From Paracoccaceae bacterium (GTDB lineage Bacteria > Pseudomonadota > Alphaproteobacteria > Rhodobacterales > Rhodobacteraceae), in assembly GCA_034670345.1 (NCBI GenBank), contig JAXMNQ010000027.1, forward strand, positions 12,655-76,654: a stretch of DNA of 64,000 nt, read 5' to 3'. Both the position numbers and the translations under genes were made by a program. Position 1 is the stretch's first letter. Every line of letters starts with the position of its first letter. Shown in pieces: positions 17,611-26,696 of the stretch. The notes under the pieces were generated by a model. The model saw only the letters and a list, made by a program, of their open reading frames with translations, made no database searches and was not told the origin of the DNA.

Positions 17611-18642
17611 ATGACGCCAGCAGAATTGAAACAGGTCTTCGCCCCCTTCCAGAAGGCCGCTGCAACCTATGACACCGATACCGTGACGCGCGAGGCGCAG
17701 GCCCTTTTTGCGCCCGGCTGCGTGAACCACATCTGCCATCCCTTTGGCGATGTTGGCGATTTCAACGCGGACTGCCTTGCCCCTCTGCACGCCGCCATGC
17801 CTGATCTGGAACGGCGCGACATGATCATGATGGCCGGCACCACGCCCGAGGGGCGCGACTGGATTGGTTGCATGGGCAACTACATGGGCACCTTCCTTGC
17901 GCCTTTCCTTGACATTCCGCCCACCGGGCACCTCGCCCATATGCGCTATCACGAGTATTTCTGCGTCGAGAACGGCAAGATCGTCGAAATGCAGGCAATC
18001 TGGGACATCCCCGAGCTGATGATGCAGGCGAGCGCCTGGCCGCTTGCGCCGCAACTGGGCAAGTTCATGTGCACACCCGCCCCGATGACAAATGACGGGC
18101 TGAACCTGTCCGGCGACGGGTCCGAGGCGATGCGCATCGTGGTCGATATGCTGACCGACCTGTGCAAATACCCGGGCAATCCCGATCCGGACGTGATGCA
18201 GATGGATAACTACTGGCATCCGCGATTCAACTGGTACGGGCCTGCGGGCATCGGCACCTGCCGGGGCAAGTCGGGCTTTCGCAACTGGCATCAGGAACCG
18301 GCCCTGGGCGCCATGCCCGACCGAAAGCTGGACGCGATGGGCGATCTGATGAGCGAATGGTTCGCCGAAGGTGACTATGCTTGCGAAACCGGCTGGCCCA
18401 ACATGCGCCTGACGATCACGCATGGCGGCTGGATGGGCATCGCCCCCAGCGGCACCGAGATCCTGAAGCGCAGCCTTGATTTCTGGCGCGTCGAAGACGG
18501 CTTGATCCGGGAAAACTGGGTGCTGGTCGATCTGCTGGACGTCTACCATCAGCTTGGCGTGGACGTGTTCGCGCGGATGCGCGCGTTCAACAAGGCGCGC
18601 GTGCCGGGCAGCGTTCCGCTGCCGGATTGGAAACACCCGTGA
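17611..18642 (+). CDS. Two-domain SnoaL/NTF2-like (ester cyclase family) protein
   Basis: FLDIPPTG..ENGKIVE; WYGPAGIG..WMGIAPSG..DFWRVEDGLIRENW. Paralogue of 9882-10895. Confidence 0.8.
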   Translation: MTPAELKQVFAPFQKAAATYDTDTVTREAQALFAPGCVNHICHPFGDVGDFNADCLAPLHAAMPDLERRDMIMMAGTTPEGRDWIGCMGNYMGTFLAPFLDIPPTGHLAHMRYHEYFCVENGKIVEMQAIWDIPELMMQASAWPLAPQLGKFMCTPAPMTNDGLNLSGDGSEAMRIVVDMLTDLCKYPGNPDPDVMQMDNYWHPRFNWYGPAGIGTCRGKSGFRNWHQEPALGAMPDRKLDAMGDLMSEWFAEGDYACETGWPNMRLTITHGGWMGIAPSGTEILKRSLDFWRVEDGLIRENWVLVDLLDVYHQLGVDVFARMRAFNKARVPGSVPLPDWKHP

Positions 18643-19403
18643 CACTTCCTCGGACACCGTCGTTCCGGCTGGATGGCAAGCGCGCCCTTGTGGCCGGCGC
18701 GTCCTCGGGCATCGGAGAGGCCGCCGCCGCAGCCCTGGCGCAGGCAGGGGCCGAGGTAACGCTTGTGGCTCGCAGGCAGGCCGAGCTTGATCGGCTTGCG
18801 GGCGCCATCGCGCAGGCGGGCGGCGCGGCGCGGAGCATGGCGCTGGACATCACCGACATCGCGGCGACCGAAACGGCGGTGGCAGATGCCGGACCGTTCG
18901 ATATCCTCGTGAATTCAGCGGGACTGGCGCGGCATGGCCCTGCGCTGGATACCGCGCCGGGCGATTACGACGCGGTCACCAATCTGAACGTCAAGGCGGC
19001 CTATTTCCTGACCCGCGCCGTTGCGCGGGGGCTGAAGGAGGCGGGCAAGCCCGGCAGCCTGATGAATATCTCCAGCCAGATGGCCCATGTCGGCGGCATC
19101 GACCGCGCGGTCTATTGTGCGACCAAACATGCGGTCGAAGGGTTCACCAAATCCATGGCGATTGAGTGGGGCCGCATGGGCATTCGCGTGAACACGATCT
19201 GCCCGACCTTCATCCGCACGCCTTTGGGCGAGCAGACGCTGGCGATCCCCGAACGCCGCGCCTGGATCGAGGACAAGATAAAGCTGGGCCGTGTCGGCGA
19301 GGTCGAGGACATCATGGGGGCGGTGGTGTTCCTCGCGTCCGAGGCATCCGCGCTGATCACCGGATCGTCGCTGCTGATTGACGGAGGTTGGACGGCAGAC
19401 TGA
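18639..19403 (+). CDS. Short-chain dehydrogenase/reductase (SDR)
   Basis: AGASSGIG, VNSAG, YCATK, DGGW; GTGA overlap with the previous stop. Confidence 0.92.
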   Translation: MTLPRTPSFRLDGKRALVAGASSGIGEAAAAALAQAGAEVTLVARRQAELDRLAGAIAQAGGAARSMALDITDIAATETAVADAGPFDILVNSAGLARHGPALDTAPGDYDAVTNLNVKAAYFLTRAVARGLKEAGKPGSLMNISSQMAHVGGIDRAVYCATKHAVEGFTKSMAIEWGRMGIRVNTICPTFIRTPLGEQTLAIPERRAWIEDKIKLGRVGEVEDIMGAVVFLASEASALITGSSLLIDGGWTAD

Positions 19404-20416
19404 TGGCAAAGCAAGTCACGTCCCTGGAAGTTGCGCGCCTTGCGGGTGTCAGCCAGTCCGCGGTCAGCCGTGTGTTCACGCCCGGTGCCTCGGTCAGTGC
19501 CTCCATGGCGGAGAAGGTGAAGAAAGCTGCCGTGGAGCTGGGCTATCGGCCCAACACGCTGGCGCGTGCCATGATCACCGGGCAAAGCCGGATCATCGGG
19601 CTGGTCGTGACTTATCTGGACAACCAGTTCTATCCCTTGGCCCTGGAACGGCTGAACCGCGCCCTTCAGGCGAAGGGATACCATGTACTGTTGTTCACCA
19701 TCGGATATGACGACGACGTCGAACCCATCATCTATGACCTGCTGGCCTATCAGGTCGAAGGCATAGTCACCGCCTCTGTCCCCATGTCGAGCGAGTTGGG
19801 CGAACGCTGCGACGCGGCGGGCATTCCGGTTGTCATGTTCAATCGCGGGCAGGATTCCGGGTCACATTCGCAGGTGACCTCGGACAATGTGGGCGGAGGC
19901 CGGGCTGTCGCGCGCTTTCTGGTCGCCGGCGGGCATCGCAGGATTGCTCATATCTCCGGCTGGCAGGCCTCATCCACGGGGCGTGACCGGGCGCAAGGCT
20001 TTGTCGAAGGTCTGGCTGAACACGGTCTTGAGCCAACCATAGTCGAGGACGGTCGCTTTCATCAGGAAACAGCCTCGGCCTTCACGCGCAAGATTTTCGG
20101 CGCGAAGGATCGCCCGGATGCCGTCTTTGTCGGCAACGATCATATGGCCTTTGCCGTGATGGACACGCTGCGCTTTGAACTGGGCCTGTCAGTGCCGGAT
20201 GACGTCGCCGTCGTGGGCTATGACGACGTGCCGATCGCATCCTGGACGGCCTATGACCTGACGACGATCCGGCAGCCCGTCAACCAGATGGTCGAGGCCA
20301 CCGTCGACGCGCTGATGGCGCGGATCGATGGTGATGTCGAGCCCCGACGCATCCTCATTCCCGGGCCGCTGAAAATACGCGGTTCCAGTCGCAAACCCAA
20401 AGGATTCAATCAATGA
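19403..20416 (+). CDS. LacI-family transcriptional regulator
   Basis: VTSLEVARLAGVSQSAVSR HTH, LGYRPN, VVGYDD, LTTIRQP; TGATG overlap. Confidence 0.95.
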   Translation: MAKQVTSLEVARLAGVSQSAVSRVFTPGASVSASMAEKVKKAAVELGYRPNTLARAMITGQSRIIGLVVTYLDNQFYPLALERLNRALQAKGYHVLLFTIGYDDDVEPIIYDLLAYQVEGIVTASVPMSSELGERCDAAGIPVVMFNRGQDSGSHSQVTSDNVGGGRAVARFLVAGGHRRIAHISGWQASSTGRDRAQGFVEGLAEHGLEPTIVEDGRFHQETASAFTRKIFGAKDRPDAVFVGNDHMAFAVMDTLRFELGLSVPDDVAVVGYDDVPIASWTAYDLTTIRQPVNQMVEATVDALMARIDGDVEPRRILIPGPLKIRGSSRKPKGFNQ

Positions 20417-21384
20417 CCTATGCGGGGAAATGGGCGGACTTTCCGGCCTACATCCTGGAAATCACCGAGGAAATCTGGCGCGATCGCGCGATCGAGACCC
20501 TCAACAAATACTACGCCAAGGACATCCCGGTGCGGACCCCGATGGGCACGCAGCGCGGCAATCAGCCGGTCATCTCGGCGACCATGAGCATGTTGACCGA
20601 ATTCCCCGACCGTCAGGGGAATGCCGAGGACGTCATCTTTTCCAACCACCCCGAACATGGCTATCTGTCGTCGCACCGGGGCGTGTCCACGATGACCCAC
20701 AACCGCGATGGGCAGTTCGGCCCCGGCACCGGCAAGCGGCTGATCTTTTCGGTGATCGCGGACTGTGCCGCGCGCGGTGAAGAGATCTATGACGAATGGC
20801 TGGTGCGCGACTACGGTGCCATTGTCCGACAGCTGGAGTGGACACCTGAAGAGTATGCACGGCGGCTGATCGAGATCGACGGCGGCCCCGAAAAAACCGC
20901 CAAGCCTTTCCTGCCCGAGAACGATATCGAAGGCGACTACAAGGGCCGCGGCAATGACAATGAATGGGGAGAGCGTTACGCCGATATCCTGAGTCACATA
21001 ATGACCAAGGATTTTGCCCATATCCGCCGGACCTACGACCGCTCCATGCAGGGGGTCTATGCCGGCGGCAAGCGGGCCATCGGCGTCGGCGACGCCCTGG
21101 ATTTCTGGCTCAACCTGCGCTCGGCTTTTCCGTCGGCAAAGTTCGAGATTCACCACCAGATCGGTATGGATGGGGGAATGCTCAGCCCCCGGTCCGCGAT
21201 CCGCTGGTCGTTGGACGGCACGCATGACGGCTGGGGCGCCTTTGGTCGTCCGACCGGCAAGCGGGTGCATGTCATGGGTCTGAGCCATGCAGAGTTTGGC
21301 CCCTGGGGTCTTCGCCGCGAAACGGCGCTTTACGATGAAGTGGCGATCTGGAAGCAGCTCCATTTGCAGACAGGTGACCTATGA
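20413..21384 (+). CDS. Two-domain SnoaL/NTF2-like protein, tandem copy A
   Basis: FGPGTGKR..DEWLVRD; LRSAFP..RWSLDGTHDGWGAFGRPTGKRV. Confidence 0.8.
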   Translation: MTYAGKWADFPAYILEITEEIWRDRAIETLNKYYAKDIPVRTPMGTQRGNQPVISATMSMLTEFPDRQGNAEDVIFSNHPEHGYLSSHRGVSTMTHNRDGQFGPGTGKRLIFSVIADCAARGEEIYDEWLVRDYGAIVRQLEWTPEEYARRLIEIDGGPEKTAKPFLPENDIEGDYKGRGNDNEWGERYADILSHIMTKDFAHIRRTYDRSMQGVYAGGKRAIGVGDALDFWLNLRSAFPSAKFEIHHQIGMDGGMLSPRSAIRWSLDGTHDGWGAFGRPTGKRVHVMGLSHAEFGPWGLRRETALYDEVAIWKQLHLQTGDL

Positions 21385-22355
21385 AAGGCTTCAACCCGAA
21401 ATTCACCGATTTCCCGGACTACATCATCAAGATCACCAAGGAGATCTGGGAAGATCGCGGCATCGCGACGCTGAACCACTATTACGACAAGGACATCCCG
21501 GTGCGCACGCCGATGGGTGTCGGGCTTGGCAATACACCTGTGATCGCTTCGACCATGGCGACCTGCCATGAATTTCCGGACCGGCAACTCTATGCAGAGG
21601 ATGTGATCTGGTCGGGCAACGAAGATGACGGGTTCCTGTCGTCGCACCGTCTGACCACAACGGCAACCCATGTGAAGGACGGGCAATTCGGCCCGGCGAC
21701 CGGGCGCAAGTTCCGCATCAACGCCATCGCCGACTGTGCCGCAAGGAACGATGTGATCGACGACGAATGGCTTGTTCGGGATTATGGCGGGATCGTGCGG
21801 CAACTGGGGATGGACCCGCGCGGTTTTGCACAGGGCCTGATCGACGCCGAGGGCGGACCCGAAAACGCCAACCCCGCGTTCACGCCCGAAATCGACGTCG
21901 AGGGACCTTACAAGGGGCGCGGCAATGACAACGCCTGGGGGCAAAGCTATGCCGACAGCCTGACGCGCATCATGAATGCCGACTTCAACCACATCCTGAC
22001 GGAGTACGACCGGGCGGTCATGGGCTCCTACGCGGGCAGCCTGTCGACTGTCGGGCGGGACGCGCTTTGCGAATTCTGGGTCGGCTTGCGGTCCTCCTTC
22101 CCGTCGGCCAGGTTCGAGATCCACCACCAGATCGGCATGGATGCCGACACGCTCAGCCCTCGCGCGGCGTTGCGCTGGTCGCTGGACGGCAGGCATGATG
22201 GCTGGGGCGCATTTGGCCGCCCGACAGGTGCGCGCGTGCATGTGATGGGGCTCAGCCATGCCGAATTCGGCCCTTGGGGCCTGCGCCGGGAATGGGCGCT
22301 GTATGACGAAGTGGCGATCTGGAAACAGATCCTGATGCAAAGCGGGAATGCCTGA
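21381..22355 (+). CDS. Two-domain SnoaL/NTF2-like protein, tandem copy B
   Basis: Collinear with and highly similar to 20413-21384 over its full length; ATGA overlap. Confidence 0.8.
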   Translation: MKGFNPKFTDFPDYIIKITKEIWEDRGIATLNHYYDKDIPVRTPMGVGLGNTPVIASTMATCHEFPDRQLYAEDVIWSGNEDDGFLSSHRLTTTATHVKDGQFGPATGRKFRINAIADCAARNDVIDDEWLVRDYGGIVRQLGMDPRGFAQGLIDAEGGPENANPAFTPEIDVEGPYKGRGNDNAWGQSYADSLTRIMNADFNHILTEYDRAVMGSYAGSLSTVGRDALCEFWVGLRSSFPSARFEIHHQIGMDADTLSPRAALRWSLDGRHDGWGAFGRPTGARVHVMGLSHAEFGPWGLRREWALYDEVAIWKQILMQSGNA

Positions 22356-22515
22356 ATGATCAATCAGGGTGCCTATCGACTGGATGCAAGCCAGGCCACG
22401 CGGCGCTACCATGCGCACCGCGCCAGCCTGCGGGCCCGCCGGTTGAACCCGCGCCCGCCCGCGGCAAAGGGAGTTTTTTGACCTTTCCCTTTCCCTCCCG
22501 TTCAGGATTTGAACA

Positions 22516-23475
22516 ATGACCGACCTCAGTGACCGCATCGTCCGCTACGGCGAGCTGCTCCCCTGCAAGACCGCCTTTATCGACGCCCATACGCCGGGCT
22601 CCGACCAGAAGGAAAACTTCACGATCATCGGCGGCGGCGTCTCGGAATCGCCCGACCAGCATGTCCACATCACCATCCCGCATGGCTTCAACATCGGCGC
22701 GGCGGGGCAGCCGCCGAAGTGCCGCAACAGCCTGCACGATCACCGCACGGCCGAGGCGTTCTTTGTCCTCTCCGGGCGCTGGCGATTCTTCTGGGGCCGC
22801 TGGGGCGACGCGGGCGAGGTCACGCTGGAGCCGGGCGACATCTTCAACATTCCCACCGGCATTTTCCGCGGCTTTGAAAACATAGGCACCGATTACGGGA
22901 TGATCATGGCGATCCTTGGCGGCGATGATGCCGGCGGCGGCGTCATGTGGGCGCCACAGGTGATCGAGGATGCCGCTGATCACGGTCTGGTGCTGGGCGA
23001 GGATGGCAAGCTCTATGACAGCAGGAAACAGCAGCGCCTGCCGGACGGGGTCAACCCCATGCCGGTGATGTCCGACGAGGAACTGGCCAAACGGCCAGAG
23101 CCGACCACGGCCGAGGTGCTGCCGAACCATGTTGCGCGATATTGGGACATGGTGGCGCTGGCCGATAGGAACCCGTGCAAGGTGATCGGTGAGACGGCTC
23201 TCTTGCGCGACAAGCCCGGCTTCGAGGTGGATTTCATCACCCGAGGCTCATCAACGGAAACCAAGTACAGCCACGACCGCCCGTCGGTCCTGATGCCGGT
23301 CACGGGGCATTGGCGGGTCGATTGGGAGGGCGGCAGCACGGTTCTGGCACCGGGAGACACCATGAGCGTGCCGGAAAACCTGGCACATAGCGCCGTGCCC
23401 TCGATGACCGGTGAGGCGGCGCTTTATCAAATCGTCGGCACCCAAGACCCCGCCGGTCTGACATGGACCGCGTGA
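22516..23475 (+). CDS. Bicupin-domain protein
   Basis: NSLHDHRTAEAFFVLSGRW..LEPGDIFNIP; second cupin LAPGDTMSVPENLAHS. Confidence 0.8.
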   Translation: MTDLSDRIVRYGELLPCKTAFIDAHTPGSDQKENFTIIGGGVSESPDQHVHITIPHGFNIGAAGQPPKCRNSLHDHRTAEAFFVLSGRWRFFWGRWGDAGEVTLEPGDIFNIPTGIFRGFENIGTDYGMIMAILGGDDAGGGVMWAPQVIEDAADHGLVLGEDGKLYDSRKQQRLPDGVNPMPVMSDEELAKRPEPTTAEVLPNHVARYWDMVALADRNPCKVIGETALLRDKPGFEVDFITRGSSTETKYSHDRPSVLMPVTGHWRVDWEGGSTVLAPGDTMSVPENLAHSAVPSMTGEAALYQIVGTQDPAGLTWTA

Positions 23476-23476
23476 G

Positions 23477-24088
23477 GTGATGGCCGCCCTGCAAGATGAG
23501 ACGCGCGCCGTCTACGAAGAGAACGCCGCCGCCTACGACGCCCAACGCTCGCGCGCCTTGTTCGAGGCGCGCTGGCTGGCGCGCTTCGCCGCCTGTCTGC
23601 CCACGGGCGGGCGGGTGCTGGATCTGGGATGCGGCGCGGGCGAGCCGATCGCGCAATGGTTCATCGCCGAAGGCTTCCGCCTGACCGGGGTCGATTTCGC
23701 CGATGCCATGCTGGACATTGCGCGCAGGCGTTGGCCTGCGGGCGACTGGCGGCAGGCGGATATGCGCAAACTGGACCTCGAAGAGAAGTTTGACGGTATC
23801 ATCGCCTGGGACAGCTTTTTCCATCTGACACGGGATGAACAGCGCACCGTGCTGGTCCGGATGGCCAGCCACTTGTCACCCGGCGGCTCACTCTTGTTCA
23901 CCATTGGCCCTGATGACAGCGAGGCCCGCGGACTCGTGGCAGGTCGTCCCGTTTATCACGCAAGCCTGTCGCCAGCCGAATACGCAACGCTTTTGCAGGA
24001 TCAGGGCCTGCGGCTTACCGGGTTTCTGGCTGAAGACCCCGACTGCGACAGCCACAGCGTCATGATGGCGCGCAAGAAAGAGGATTAA
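23477..24088 (+). CDS. Class I SAM-dependent methyltransferase
   Basis: VLDLGCGAG, GVDFA, ADMR, FDGIIAWDSFFHL. Confidence 0.9.
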   Translation: MMAALQDETRAVYEENAAAYDAQRSRALFEARWLARFAACLPTGGRVLDLGCGAGEPIAQWFIAEGFRLTGVDFADAMLDIARRRWPAGDWRQADMRKLDLEEKFDGIIAWDSFFHLTRDEQRTVLVRMASHLSPGGSLLFTIGPDDSEARGLVAGRPVYHASLSPAEYATLLQDQGLRLTGFLAEDPDCDSHSVMMARKKED

Positions 24089-24091
24089 ATC

Positions 24092-25213
24092 ATGCCAATC
24101 GCGACCACACATGTAGGCTCTTTGCCCCGGACTCAGGATGTCGTGGATTTCATCTTTGCCCGCGAAAACGCGCAGCCCTATGACCCTGCCGCGTTTGATG
24201 CCTGCATGACCGCTGCCGTGGCAGAGACCGTGCGCAAGCAGAAGGAGGCGGGCATCGGCATCGTCTCGGATGGGGAAACCTCCAAGATCAGCTATGCCAC
24301 CTACGTCAAGGACCGCTACACCGGGTTTGACGGTGACAGCCCGCGCAATGCGCCCGCCGATCTGAAGATGTTTCCCGGCTTTCTGAAGCGTCTGGCCGAT
24401 GATGGCGGCACCCCGCAATATGCCCGCCCCATGTGCGTGGGTGAGGTGCGCTCGAAAGGGCAGGGCGAGCTTGAAAAGGACATCGGCAATCTCACGGCCG
24501 CGATGGCTGCGCACGGGGTCGAACGCGGGTTCATGAATGCCGCCTCGCCGGGTGTCATCTCGCTGTTTCTGCAAAACGATTTCTACAAGACGCGCGAGGC
24601 CTATCTGGCCGCGCTCGCCGACGCGATGAAGGCCGAGTATGAGACCATCGTGGCCGCCGGACTGGACCTGCAACTGGATTGCCCGGACCTTGCCCTGTCG
24701 CGGCACATGCTGTTTGCCGATCTCAGCGACGCCGAGTTCGTCAAGATCGCAAACAGCCATGTCGAGGCGCTGAACCACGCGCTGTCGGACGTGCCGAAGG
24801 ACAAGGTGCGGGTGCATATCTGCTGGGGCAACTACGAGGGCCCGCATTGCTGCGATATCGGCATGGAGAAGGTGTTCGACACGCTGATGTCCACCAAGTC
24901 GCGCTACGTTCTGTTCGAGACGTCGAACCCGCGCCACGCCCACGAATGGACCGTGTTCCGCGACCGCAAGGGGGATATCCCCGACGACAAGGTGCTGGTC
25001 CCCGGCGTGGTGGATACGACCACCAATTTCGTCGAGCACCCGCAGGTCGTGGCGCAGAGGATCGAACGCTTTGCCGATATCGTCGGAACAGGGCGGGTGA
25101 TCGCCGGATCTGATTGCGGCTTTGGCACCTTCGCGGGCTTTGGCGCGGTCGATCCCGACATCGCCTACGCCAAGCTGTCCGCGCTGGCCGAGGGGGCTGC
25201 GCTGGTCGAATGA
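24092..25213 (+). CDS. Single-barrel MetE-like Zn enzyme (methionine synthase II / epoxyalkane:CoM transferase family)
   Basis: TTHVGSLPR, SDGE, LQLDCP; Zn ligands in HICWGN, FE and SDCGF. Confidence 0.85.
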   Translation: MPIATTHVGSLPRTQDVVDFIFARENAQPYDPAAFDACMTAAVAETVRKQKEAGIGIVSDGETSKISYATYVKDRYTGFDGDSPRNAPADLKMFPGFLKRLADDGGTPQYARPMCVGEVRSKGQGELEKDIGNLTAAMAAHGVERGFMNAASPGVISLFLQNDFYKTREAYLAALADAMKAEYETIVAAGLDLQLDCPDLALSRHMLFADLSDAEFVKIANSHVEALNHALSDVPKDKVRVHICWGNYEGPHCCDIGMEKVFDTLMSTKSRYVLFETSNPRHAHEWTVFRDRKGDIPDDKVLVPGVVDTTTNFVEHPQVVAQRIERFADIVGTGRVIAGSDCGFGTFAGFGAVDPDIAYAKLSALAEGAALVE

Positions 25214-25905
25214 CGCCACTGGTCCTGCTGCCCGGCATGATGTGCGACGCGCGTCTGTTCGCCCCGCAAATCGCCGCCCTGTCGGGCCAGGTGCCAATTC
25301 TGAGTGCCCCGATCTGCGGCCATGCAAGCATGGAGGCGCTGGCACAGAGCCTGCTGGCCTATGCACCACCGCGCTTTGCGCTGGCGGGTCTGTCGATGGG
25401 TGGCATTCTCGCCATGGAAATCACCCGCCTCGCGCCGGAGCGTGTCGCGGGCCTTGCGCTGATGGACACCAATCCGCTGGCCGAACGGGATGGGGTCAAG
25501 GCCCGCCGCGCCTTGCAAATCGAGGCGGCCAAGGCGGGCGATCTGCACCGCGTGTTGCGTGACGAGATGAAGCCGAACTACCTGACGGACGGGCCGGGCC
25601 GCGCGGCCATTCTTGACCTCTGTATGGAGATGGCCATGGATTTGGGACCAGAGGTTTTTGCCCATCAGTCCATGGCTTTGCGCGACCGTATTGACCAGAC
25701 AGACACGCTCCGCACTTATCAGGGCCACGCCCTTGTGCTTTGCGGGCGCGACGACCGGCCATGTCCGGTCGAGCGGCACGAATTGATGCACGCATTGCTG
25801 CCCAACAGCCGGTTGGAGATCGTCGAAAACGCCGGCCACCTGCCCACGCTCGAACAACCTGACATCACAACGGTGGCCCTGCGCCGCTGGCTGGAGGACC
25901 TATGA
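25210..25905 (+). CDS. Alpha/beta hydrolase
   Basis: GLSMGG nucleophile elbow, GRDD, AGHLPTLE. Confidence 0.9.
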   Translation: MTPLVLLPGMMCDARLFAPQIAALSGQVPILSAPICGHASMEALAQSLLAYAPPRFALAGLSMGGILAMEITRLAPERVAGLALMDTNPLAERDGVKARRALQIEAAKAGDLHRVLRDEMKPNYLTDGPGRAAILDLCMEMAMDLGPEVFAHQSMALRDRIDQTDTLRTYQGHALVLCGRDDRPCPVERHELMHALLPNSRLEIVENAGHLPTLEQPDITTVALRRWLEDL

Positions 25906-26594
25906 CACCGACCCTGCTGGACCTGTTGAAACAGGTTGATACCCCCACCGTCTGCAACGCCATCGAAGTGGCGCAGGGCAAACGCGGCTTTAACGAATTC
26001 ACGCGCGGGACCATGCTGATCAACGATCCCACCGGCGTGATGGTGGGCTATGCAAGCACCGCGAAAATCGCCGCACTTGCCCCACCCACCGAGCCCGCCG
26101 ACGTGGTCCGCGCACGGCGCATGGCCTATTACAAACAGATGGCCGAAGCGCCAAAACCGTCGATCTGCGTGGTCGAAGATGAAGATTTTCCGGATGCCAT
26201 CGGTGCCTATTGGGGGGAGGTGAACACCGCCATCCACAAGGGTTTCGGCATGTCGGGCGCACTCACCAATGGGGTGATGCGCGATCTGGGCGACCTGGCA
26301 CCTGACTTTCCGGTTGTGGCGGGGTCGGTGGGGCCAAGTCACGGGTTTGTCCATGTCACGGCGCTGGACGTGCCGGTGACGGTTTTTGGCCTCACGGTCC
26401 ATCCGGGTGATCTGGTGCACGCCGACCGCCACGGCGCGGTGGTGGTCCCGCCCGAGGTCATAGACGACCTGGAGGCCGCGATCCGAAAGATGCAGGACAC
26501 CGAGCATCTGGTGCTTGGCCCGGCACGCGGGCCGGGTTTTGACTTTGATGCCTTCGAGAAAGCCTGGTCCGCATTCGAAGCGGCGCGCACGTAA
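25902..26594 (+). CDS. RraA-family / HMG-aldolase-like protein
   Basis: DTPTVCNA, GAYWGEVN, TNGVMRD, VHPGDLVHADRHG. Confidence 0.85.
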   Translation: MTPTLLDLLKQVDTPTVCNAIEVAQGKRGFNEFTRGTMLINDPTGVMVGYASTAKIAALAPPTEPADVVRARRMAYYKQMAEAPKPSICVVEDEDFPDAIGAYWGEVNTAIHKGFGMSGALTNGVMRDLGDLAPDFPVVAGSVGPSHGFVHVTALDVPVTVFGLTVHPGDLVHADRHGAVVVPPEVIDDLEAAIRKMQDTEHLVLGPARGPGFDFDAFEKAWSAFEAART

Positions 26595-26696
26595 GGCTGT
26601 TTGCTTCCGCCACGCGTCACGCCCACTCCCGAGAGTCCTATGCCGGGGCAGGCAGGCTGTGCTAAAGCGGCGTTTTGACGGTTCGGAGGACGCGCA

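Noticed and set aside
16281-20416. Calling these genes hisD or hpsN/hpsO/hpsR
   Set aside because: No his genes, TRAP transporter or hpsP are present and the substrate-loop motifs differ, so gene symbols were withheld.
9882-22355. Polyketide biosynthetic cluster suggested by SnoaL-like cyclases
   Set aside because: No ketosynthase, ACP or exporter is present; the importer, LacI and aldolase point to catabolism.
20413-22355. Long direct repeats suggesting a CRISPR array or a diversity-generating retroelement
   Set aside because: The repeats are two intact paralogous genes; there are no spacers, cas genes or reverse transcriptase.
24092-25213. metE assignment
   Set aside because: About half the length of MetE and lacking the N-terminal barrel.
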